Shown: piece after piece, positions 1-6,650 of the stretch
Layout: each line of letters begins with the position of its first letter
Position numbering within the stretch: position 1 is the first letter of the stretch
DNA from: Candidatus Rifleibacteriota bacterium
Lineage (GTDB): Bacteria; Muiribacteriota; Ozemobacteria; Ozemobacterales; Ozemobacteraceae
DNA: 12,561 nucleotides
Direction of reading: 5' to 3'
Assembly (NCBI GenBank): GCA_051747585.1
Contig: JBNJGH010000087.1
Location: 1,904-14,464, forward strand
Notes under the pieces: model-generated
What the model was told of the DNA's origin: nothing
Seen by the model: the letters and a program-made list of their open reading frames with translations, nothing else
The model's database searches: none
Program-made: the position numbers and the translations under genes

Positions 1-25
1 ACCAATATACGATGACATTTTGTGG

Positions 26-110
26 CTGTCATTGCGAGGAGTGAAACGACGAAGCAATCTAAATGTCTTGAAACGGGATTCTACAAACAAATGGATAATT
101 ACTGTTTACG
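26..110 (+). repeat. Palindromic REP/MITE-like repeat unit with conserved tail (copy 1)
   Basis: Matches the reverse complement of 5411-5487 in identical blocks of 13, 27, 14 and 8 bp. The core TGTCATTGCGAG..CGAAGCAATCT can fold through an ATTGC/GCAAT stem. Confidence 0.9.
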
Positions 111-119
111 ATCAGCTGG

Positions 120-148
120 TTGCTGAAAGTGTTTAATATTAATAGAAT
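120..148 (+). promoter_or_regulatory. Putative sigma-70 promoter, probably giving a leaderless mRNA
   Basis: TTGCTG (120-125), 17-bp spacer, TAGAAT (143-148), then 6 nt before ATG 155. No properly spaced Shine-Dalgarno. Confidence 0.55.
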
Positions 149-154
149 CTAAGG

Positions 155-1090
155 ATGAACAAAAATTTCAAGCGCTTTATTTACAGCATTATTTTTCTTT
201 TATTTTCGGCAGGTTCGGTTTTTGGGTGGGGTTATCACACACACCGCAAGATAACCGCAGATGCAATGCGACTTATGCCCGAATCTTTCAAACAAAAATT
301 CAGTTCGCAAAAAAAATCATTCTTGCAGGGCTGCACAGATCCAGACATGCTCTTAAAAGATTTTTACAATCATATCTATTACCCGGACGGCTCACATACC
401 GGAGGATACGAGCGCATACAAGAGCTTTACGATAAGGCCGTCTATCTTTTGGGTGAAAACAAATCTCTGGAAAAATCGGCCTATATACTCGGGTTGCTTT
501 CTCATTACATAGCCGATCTCAACCAGCCTCTGCATACTGCCGGTAAAGCTCGTGACCCCAATGAAGACGAATACCATTCAAAATACGAAAGAGAGATTAA
601 TCGGAACTTAAAAAAGTTTGAGCTATCTGAAATACAATTTAGACCAATCAAGACAGTAAAAGTCAGAGTTCAAAAAATGGCCAGCGAAGCTTTGCGCCAT
701 TATGATGCAATTGGAGCAGCATACAGAAATGGTAATAGATTAGAAGAAGTCTGGGACATGACAGAAAAACAAATACAGAATTCGGTTCAAAATATAGTTG
801 ATTTCTGGAGTTCCGCCTGGCAGGATTCCGGGCACACACTCAACAATCAAAACTACATGCAAACAGATCTTTCATGGCAAACAACCGATAGTGCCGATTC
901 AAAAGCTGAGAGTATAAACATTAACAGCGCTTCAGCTGCTGAGCTGGCAGCTTTTTTCAATATTTCGCGAAGCAAAGCCCGGCGAATAATAAGCGGCCGG
1001 CCTTTTCGAAGAGTTTACGACCTTGCCCGCACAAAAGTTTTTACTCCGATGTATATTCAAAGGAATAAAGACAAAATCAGGTTAAAATAA
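155..1090 (+). CDS. Secreted zinc-dependent phospholipase C / S1-P1 nuclease family protein with C-terminal helix-hairpin-helix (ComEA-like) domain
   Basis: Signal peptide ends just before W25-G-Y-H-T-H30 (mature N-terminal Trp). Zn-ligand pattern D64, H73, H117-x3-D121, QPLH127, H141-x3-E145. C-terminal ININSASAAEL..ISRSKARRIISGRPFRRVYDL is an HhH-type motif. Confidence 0.85.
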   Translation: MNKNFKRFIYSIIFLLFSAGSVFGWGYHTHRKITADAMRLMPESFKQKFSSQKKSFLQGCTDPDMLLKDFYNHIYYPDGSHTGGYERIQELYDKAVYLLGENKSLEKSAYILGLLSHYIADLNQPLHTAGKARDPNEDEYHSKYEREINRNLKKFELSEIQFRPIKTVKVRVQKMASEALRHYDAIGAAYRNGNRLEEVWDMTEKQIQNSVQNIVDFWSSAWQDSGHTLNNQNYMQTDLSWQTTDSADSKAESININSASAAELAAFFNISRSKARRIISGRPFRRVYDLARTKVFTPMYIQRNKDKIRLK

Positions 1091-1170
1091 CGGTTTTGGT
1101 CTAACAAGATTCTGCCCCTCTGCCGATAGGAATCCACTGAAAGTATATAGACAACTGGAGGCAGAAATTC

Positions 1171-2355
1171 ATGCTGTTAAAAAACAAATTCTTTATTGGT
1201 GGCGCTATGCTGTCGGTCTTTATAGCCAGTTTATTTTGCAGACTACCTGGAATTCAGGCTTCAAATAATCAAGCTGACAAGTACATTAAGTTTGCGCAAC
1301 AGAAAGGTCTGTTTGACTCAACGGCTTATAGCCGAAAAACCCTTAAGAAGCCCGTATCAGAGATGGCTTTTTATCGCTCTTTAACTCAAATTATGAGCGA
1401 TCTTGGTTTTTTAGAAACTTACAACCTGACAGAAATGCGCGAAGCAGGCATAATAAGTCAAAGCAAAATTGGCCGTTATATAAAAAGAGACAAGGCTTTT
1501 AAAACAATCTTCAGGGCACTAATGTTTGCTGCAAACAGAACCCGGATTAAGATCGGGAATCGTGATAAAAAGTTGCAACCCTTTTATGACTGGGTTATTC
1601 CCCAAAAATATCTTCCTGCATTTGGATTTGCAATTGAAGAAGGAATAATTACCGGCACCCCCGATGGAAGAATAATGCCCGATAAAAAGCTCAGTATCTT
1701 TGAAACTCTTTTATTGCTTCATCGCATTCACGAATCATTTATCGATACCCATAAAGTTAAGACAAAGCAGCCGCGGCCTATAAGAAAAGTTAACAAAACT
1801 TTTCAGACGTTAAAGAAAGCCGGCGCTTTCGATTTAACCAGTCAGCCCCAAGTCATGCTGAAACAAGAGTCGATAAGTATAAAACAAGTTTCTGCAATGA
1901 TACATGGAATTCTGGCAAACTATAATAAATCTGCTTACATAAGCGAGCTGAAATATTATACGGGTGGAATCGGCAAATCAGAAAAAGCCAGCAGAGCTAA
2001 TTTAACTCATCTTGCATCGATTCTGGCAAGAGCACTACCGCATCAGAAGGTTGGACTTTATTCCCTTTATAAAGATGTAAAATCCGGCAGCAGACTGGCA
2101 AGATCACTAGGCTTTTTAAGTCGTGCCAACATTAGATTGGGCTATGACAATAACTTTCTAAAAGGCGAAGAGATTATCAAGCCTTCGGAAGCTTTTGATT
2201 TAATCAGAGAAATTATAATTAAATCAGACAAAGCTGCGCTTCATTTTAATAGAGTTGCTACGCAAAACGATGTCAATGATTTCATAAATCGCATAAAAGC
2301 TAGAAAAGCCCGCATTCGCAAAATTCTTGCCCGCAGCTCACAAAAAGCAAATTAA
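1171..2355 (+). CDS. Exported S-layer homology (SLH) domain-containing protein
   Basis: GGAGG SD at 1157-1161 and a hydrophobic N-terminus. SLH-like motif FYDW..AIEEGIITGTPDGRIMPDKKLSIFE, plus a second degenerate copy YKDV..LGYDNNFLKGEEIIKPSEA. Lys/Arg-rich. Confidence 0.7.
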   Translation: MLLKNKFFIGGAMLSVFIASLFCRLPGIQASNNQADKYIKFAQQKGLFDSTAYSRKTLKKPVSEMAFYRSLTQIMSDLGFLETYNLTEMREAGIISQSKIGRYIKRDKAFKTIFRALMFAANRTRIKIGNRDKKLQPFYDWVIPQKYLPAFGFAIEEGIITGTPDGRIMPDKKLSIFETLLLLHRIHESFIDTHKVKTKQPRPIRKVNKTFQTLKKAGAFDLTSQPQVMLKQESISIKQVSAMIHGILANYNKSAYISELKYYTGGIGKSEKASRANLTHLASILARALPHQKVGLYSLYKDVKSGSRLARSLGFLSRANIRLGYDNNFLKGEEIIKPSEAFDLIREIIIKSDKAALHFNRVATQNDVNDFINRIKARKARIRKILARSSQKAN

Positions 2356-3281
2356 GACTTAAGAAATCTTCCAGCGGTAATAGTTAACGAAAAGAGAATT
2401 AACGACGCAAAACAAGCTACAGCACGTCCACTGAAAGGGGCGTGCTTTCTTTTTTCCTCATGCTCGTGATAACCGGGAGGATGTTGACAAATAGAATCAG
2501 AGGCAACAAGACTTTTGTTTTCGGCAGTCAGATTTGTTTCTATTTTAAATTCATTTAAATCAGGTATCTGACCTGTTTTTCTGTATTTAATCAGTAATGA
2601 GGAGAGCTTGCCCTGATCAGAGCTTAAAGGCAATTTTGTATTTTCCCATGCTTTTACCGCAATTTCAGGTTCACCAATTTCGAGGTAAAGCCTGGCTGAA
2701 AGTATGAAATAAGATTCAAGATTATAACCGGGCATCGGTGGTTTTTTAGATGTCTGGTCAAACTTTTTTATAGCAGCCTGCAAATATTTTAAGGCACTTT
2801 TTTTTGCTCTGGTATCCGGGGTTTGGGCAAAAACCTTCAAATAAGCAATAGCGGCATAAAACTGGTGAATTTTGCGAATTTCAGGCTGATAGATAATTGC
2901 TTTTTGCAGCAGGTCAATAGCTCTATCGAAACTTCCCAGATAACGGGCGAAGTTATCGGCAAGCAGCAGCCAGGGAGCCGGCTCGTCCGGAACCAGCCGG
3001 GTTATTATTTCGAGCAGCGGCAGAATATCGGTATTACCTGCATAGCTACCTGCTGTAAAAGGTTCAGCTTTATTCGGCGATGGCCCGGCATGCATATAGT
3101 CATCTGCTTTTTCCCATAAACGAGCAGCCAGAAACCCACGCAAACGTTCAGGGACAACAACGGACATTAGATTTTGCCTGTTAAAACCGGGCAAATGAGG
3201 AAACTGAGAGAGTCTAAAACAGAATGCAATAACCAGAAAAAGAGAGGCAATTAAAATTTTTCTTCTGGTGATAGTTAGCAT
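2352..3281 (-). CDS. Membrane-anchored TPR-like protein associated with the ABC transporter (PilG/XapA-like)
   Basis: N- and C-terminal hydrophobic segments. TPR-like helices PAPWLLLADNFARYLGSFDRAIDLLQKAIIYQP. Start overlaps the permease stop (TGATG). Confidence 0.6.
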   Translation of the reverse strand: MLTITRRKILIASLFLVIAFCFRLSQFPHLPGFNRQNLMSVVVPERLRGFLAARLWEKADDYMHAGPSPNKAEPFTAGSYAGNTDILPLLEIITRLVPDEPAPWLLLADNFARYLGSFDRAIDLLQKAIIYQPEIRKIHQFYAAIAYLKVFAQTPDTRAKKSALKYLQAAIKKFDQTSKKPPMPGYNLESYFILSARLYLEIGEPEIAVKAWENTKLPLSSDQGKLSSLLIKYRKTGQIPDLNEFKIETNLTAENKSLVASDSICQHPPGYHEHEEKRKHAPFSGRAVACFASLILFSLTITAGRFLKS

Positions 3282-4036
3282 CAGCGACCTCTTTTAGCAA
3301 AGAAAGCTTCAGCAAGCAAAAGGTAAAAGCCTGACATAAAGAATGCATATATTGTCGAAAACACTATCTGCGAGAAGCTTTCTGTGGCGAATACAATTTC
3401 ATTTAAAGAAAACATATTGAAATCTGGTAAAACCGACAAAATAAAGGCTAAAACCGCCATAGCCGAGCTGTTTCCGTGGTTAAGCATAAAAGAAGGCAAC
3501 AACTGAGTAATAGAAACAAGATAAAGCAAAAAGAAAACACTTAAAGATAAAAACCTGGAACACATTGTTGCCAGCAGATTAAGAAGAGACATTGCCAGAG
3601 CTGCTTCAAGGCCAAGCAGCCAGACAGCCGCAATTAATTCCCAGAACCATACTCCATGAGTAAAGCGCAATATAATCAGATAAAAAAAGGTTATGGTTCC
3701 AAGAATAAAAAGAACCGAGAGCATCATCCCAAGAGTTTGCCCGACAAACAAGTTAAGACGATTTTTGATCCGGCTTAAAAGGAACCAGCCTTTGTTTTTC
3801 CCGTCCTTCCATAAAATCGCTTCAAACGCCAGCAAAATAACTATAACCATTGAAAATACGCTGAGAATTGAAGCAACAATATCTTTTATAAACAGGGTTT
3901 GAAAACCCGGATTGGTTATATCAAATAAATAAGCCGCAAAAAACAGCGGGAAAGCCACAATCAGAAACGAATATAGAAGGCTGCTTCGAAATGTAGCAAC
4001 CAGAAAAAGCCGTGCTTGGACCAAAATTTGCCTCAA
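3281..4036 (-). CDS. ABC-2 type transporter permease (PilI-like)
   Basis: About 6 hydrophobic segments. WFLLSRIKNRLNLFVGQTLG resembles the ABC-2 LLSKPxxR..GKxLG loop, and there is a late LPDF motif. TTG start overlaps the ATPase stop (TTGA). Confidence 0.75.
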   Translation of the reverse strand: MRQILVQARLFLVATFRSSLLYSFLIVAFPLFFAAYLFDITNPGFQTLFIKDIVASILSVFSMVIVILLAFEAILWKDGKNKGWFLLSRIKNRLNLFVGQTLGMMLSVLFILGTITFFYLIILRFTHGVWFWELIAAVWLLGLEAALAMSLLNLLATMCSRFLSLSVFFLLYLVSITQLLPSFMLNHGNSSAMAVLAFILSVLPDFNMFSLNEIVFATESFSQIVFSTIYAFFMSGFYLLLAEAFFAKRGR

Positions 4037-4773
4037 AGCTGCTGCCCCTTTTTGTGCTCGCTCTGATGAATCAGCTGGGCAAATCTATTTTCAATACCAA
4101 TCTGCTTTGCATCAAAACCTTTAAGCTCACCGGAATAAATCATCGAACCCTTATGTACAATCCCTATATAGTCACAGACTTCTTGAAGATCAGAAAGAAT
4201 GTGAGTGGTAAAAAACAGGGTTTTCCCCTGATCTTTTAATTGCTTTAACAGATTTTTAACCAGACGTCGCGCAAGCGGATCTAGCCCACTGGTTGGTTCA
4301 TCCAGAATCACTATTTTCGGGTCATGGGCCAATGCAGCCGCTAACGACAAGCGCTGACGCATACCCTTTGAAAGATTTCGGGTCATTTGATTTTTTAAAT
4401 CTGCAATACCAAGCATAGCCAGTGTTTCATCGAGTTTTTGGCTCGACAAATCAAATTCAAGTAACTCGCATGAATAGACAAGAACTTCCTGCACAGTTAA
4501 AAAGCTGGGCAGCTCTGCGATTTCAGGGGCAAAGCCTATGGTTAAAGGCTCATTTTTACCGGCGGGAATACCGGCAAGAAAAACCTCGCCCTCTTCCGGT
4601 TGAAGAAGGCCAAGCAAAATCTTTATTGCAGTTGTTTTACCCGCCCCGTTCTGGCCCGCAAGTCCGTAAATGCAGTTATTCTGCACTTCAAGCGAAAAAC
4701 CATCAAGAGCTTTAACCGGCCCCGATTTTGCCCGATAAGTTTTACTTACACCATTAAAAATAATAGCTGACAT
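4033..4773 (-). CDS. ABC transporter ATP-binding protein (exporter type, PilH-like)
   Basis: Walker A GQNGAGKTT, signature LSKGMRQR, Walker B ILDEP, H-loop TTH. Confidence 0.95.
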   Translation of the reverse strand: MSAIIFNGVSKTYRAKSGPVKALDGFSLEVQNNCIYGLAGQNGAGKTTAIKILLGLLQPEEGEVFLAGIPAGKNEPLTIGFAPEIAELPSFLTVQEVLVYSCELLEFDLSSQKLDETLAMLGIADLKNQMTRNLSKGMRQRLSLAAALAHDPKIVILDEPTSGLDPLARRLVKNLLKQLKDQGKTLFFTTHILSDLQEVCDYIGIVHKGSMIYSGELKGFDAKQIGIENRFAQLIHQSEHKKGQQL

Positions 4774-4786
4774 TGTCAGCTATTAT
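4760..4786. promoter_or_regulatory. Perfect 27-bp palindrome centred on the ABC ATPase start codon (operator or translation-blocking hairpin)
   Basis: ATAATAGCTGACA-T-TGTCAGCTATTAT: 13-bp perfect arms. The central base 4773 is the A of the minus-strand ATG. Confidence 0.7.
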
Positions 4787-4810
4787 AAACAAGTTGGTGC
4801 AAAAAACCAA
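4782..4810 (-). promoter_or_regulatory. Putative internal sigma-70 promoter for the ABC operon (leaderless or near-leaderless)
   Basis: Minus strand TTGGTT (4810-4805), 17-bp spacer, TATAAT (4787-4782), 8 nt before ATG 4773. No SD. Confidence 0.55.
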
Positions 4811-4825
4811 TTTTTTGAAATTAAA

Positions 4826-5335
4826 TTACTTTGCTTTTTCAAGAGCCTCGAGTGCAGCCTCATAATTGGGCTCTTCGGCTATTTCCGGTACTATTTGCAT
4901 ATAGGTAATTTTATTGTCGGAATCCACAACCATAACTGTTCGCGCAAACAAGCGCAATTCTTTTACTTTTATGCCCAAAGCTTCGGCCAAAGCCATATTT
5001 TGATAATCAGAGAAGGTTTTTACCTTCTCTATGCCAGCCTGCCCACACCATCTGGCCTGGGCAAAAGGCAAATCGGCAGAAACAGCAATAACATCAGCAT
5101 TCAATCCTGCAGCCTTTTCATTGAATTTGCGAACGTGCGTATCACAAACCGGCGTATCCAGTGACGGTACGGTTGTTACAACCCTCGGGCCTTTGACTTC
5201 ATCAAGGTTAAAGGGCGACAAATCATTGTTTATAAGAGTAATACCTTTGGGGAACTCATCACCAACTGATTTTTTTTCGCCAACCAGAGTCAATGGGTTA
5301 CCTTTAAACGTAACTTTTCCTGTTTCTTGTGTCAT
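4826..5335 (-). CDS. tpx: Thiol peroxidase (atypical 2-Cys peroxiredoxin)
   Basis: VTFKGNPLTL, VPSLDTPVC (peroxidatic Cys), SADLPFAQARWCG (resolving Cys), EIAEEPNY. ATG 5335 chosen because of the GAGAGG SD. Confidence 0.95.
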   Translation of the reverse strand: MTQETGKVTFKGNPLTLVGEKKSVGDEFPKGITLINNDLSPFNLDEVKGPRVVTTVPSLDTPVCDTHVRKFNEKAAGLNADVIAVSADLPFAQARWCGQAGIEKVKTFSDYQNMALAEALGIKVKELRLFARTVMVVDSDNKITYMQIVPEIAEEPNYEAALEALEKAK

Positions 5336-5370
5336 GTTCAACCTCTCGAATTAATATAAATTACTTCAAG

Positions 5371-5402
5371 AACAAACATAAACAAACACAAACAAATGTC
5401 AA
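5371..5402 (-). promoter_or_regulatory. Putative tpx promoter overlapped by three 10-bp-phased direct repeats
   Basis: Minus strand TTGACA (5402-5397), 16-bp spacer, TATGTT (5380-5375). The + strand reads AACAAACATA AACAAACACA AACAAATGTC. Confidence 0.5.
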
Positions 5403-5410
5403 GTCAGCGC

Positions 5411-5578
5411 CGTATCAGTAATTCTCCATTTGTTTGTAATAACCGTTTCAAGACATTTAGATTGCTTCGCTTTGCTCGCAATGACAGTCCCAAATTGTCA
5501 TTGCGATGAGCATCGCGAAGAAGCAATCTTTAATATTCTAAATTTTAATATTAAAAAAAAACAAAAATGTCTTGAAAC
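5411..5578. repeat. Inverted dimer of palindromic repeat units (REPIN/MITE-like) with 14-bp outer inverted repeats
   Basis: GTTTCAAGACATTT (5445-5458) and AAATGTCTTGAAAC (5565-5578) are perfect inverted repeats. They enclose two inverted core units (5459-5486 and 5496-5529) separated by 9 nt. 5411-5487 matches 26-110. Confidence 0.9.
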
Positions 5579-5605
5579 CTACTAATATTACTAAGTGGAT
5601 AGCAA

Positions 5606-6511
5606 CTAGCGTCGGATGAAAAGACGTTGTGGGCCGGGCAGTCTTATAAACCTGCCATCTATTACCAGCAATCCGCTTCCGATCAAAATCATTCCCTTAA
5701 TGTTTTCAGGTTTAACAACTTCATCCATTATAGTTACGCCAAAAACAAAGGCGCTGACCGGAATCAGAAGAGTTACCAGCAATGCATTGGTTGCACCCGA
5801 ACTCGAAATCAGGCTGAAGTAAAGCAAATACGCAATTGAGGTGCAAACCAGACCAAGAAAGCTTACAGCCAGAATAGTTTTAAGACCCAGCTGAGAGATT
5901 ACAGGCAAATCTACTATAATAAAAGCCGGTAGCATAAAAATTACACCACCAAGCAAACTGATTGCGGCAACTACCATAGACGGGTATTCTTTAAACCTTT
6001 TAGCGTAAATACCCGCCATTGCATAAAAAAATGTTCCGCACAGCATTCCGAAGGGGCCAAAATTGGTAATATCAAAGCTTCGATTGATAGCGGGCGAAAC
6101 CATCACAAAAATACCGGCTACTCCCAGAAGAACTCCGATTGCTTTATTGGTTGTCATTTTTTCATCTTCGGTAAAAAACTGGGCAAGAATCATAACGAAA
6201 ATCGGTGAAGTGGCATTCAAGATCGAAGCTGTGGCCGTATCAATAAACTTCTGAGACCAGGCAATTACCAGAAAGGGCGTAACCGTGTTAATTACTCCGA
6301 GAAACCCCATGCTAAAGAGAGTTTTTCTCGATTCGGGGAATTTAAGCTTTCTGATTTTACAAACCACCAGCAAAACTATGCTTGCCAGTAAAAGTCGTCC
6401 AAAAACTATCATAAATGGGGTAAGCTGTCGCAAAGCAACTTTTGTAAACATAAAAGCGCTACCCCAGATTACCGAGAGAAGAACAAGAAAAAACCAGTCT
6501 TTTAATTTCAT
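5606..6511 (-). CDS. EamA / DMT family transporter
   Basis: About 10 TM segments in two repeats. Motifs IWGSAF, IVFGRLLLA, ASILNATSPIF, TEDEKM..G..LG..G. Start set at MKLKDW (ATG 6511) because the longer ORF runs into a terminator. Confidence 0.93.
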   Translation of the reverse strand: MKLKDWFFLVLLSVIWGSAFMFTKVALRQLTPFMIVFGRLLLASIVLLVVCKIRKLKFPESRKTLFSMGFLGVINTVTPFLVIAWSQKFIDTATASILNATSPIFVMILAQFFTEDEKMTTNKAIGVLLGVAGIFVMVSPAINRSFDITNFGPFGMLCGTFFYAMAGIYAKRFKEYPSMVVAAISLLGGVIFMLPAFIIVDLPVISQLGLKTILAVSFLGLVCTSIAYLLYFSLISSSGATNALLVTLLIPVSAFVFGVTIMDEVVKPENIKGMILIGSGLLVIDGRFIRLPGPQRLFIRR

Positions 6512-6593
6512 TTGCTTAACCTGAATTTTTTGAAGGTTTTGCATATTACAACAGTTAAAAGCAAATAACCAAATACAATCTATAATAAATAAC

Positions 6594-6629
6594 AAAAGAG
6601 CTGTTTTCTGCCATGAAAACAGCTCTTTT
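6594..6629. terminator. Intrinsic (potentially bidirectional) terminator downstream of the Pro-rich protein gene
   Basis: AAAAGAGCTGTTTTC-TGCCAT-GAAAACAGCTCTTTT: perfect 15-bp arms with T-tracts on both strands, about 20 bp past the stop at 6651. Confidence 0.85.
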
Positions 6630-6650
6630 TCAGCCCTGAAGAAATTAGAT

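Noticed and set aside
1102..1129. Possible sigma-28 promoter (GCCGATAG at 1122-1129) upstream of the SLH gene
   Set aside because: The -10 box is good, but there is no TAAA at the required 15-bp spacing. Too weak to call.
1110..1166. TTCTGCC / GGCAGAA pairing next to the SLH gene SD (possible anti-SD structure)
   Set aside because: Only 7 bp over a ~40-nt loop, with no recognisable riboswitch features.
4792..4816. TTGGT-N7-ACCAA hairpin between tpx and the ABC ATPase as a tpx terminator
   Set aside because: Only about 5 bp, AT-rich, and the T-tract is on the wrong strand for tpx.
5411..5578. CRISPR array (GTTTCAA / TTGAAAC ends resemble CRISPR repeat termini)
   Set aside because: The copies are inverted rather than regularly spaced direct repeats, there are no spacers, and no cas genes are present.
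6512..6595. 28-aa N-terminal extension of the EamA ORF from TTG 6595
   Set aside because: It starts inside the terminator hairpin with no SD, and the family-like sequence begins at MKLKDW.
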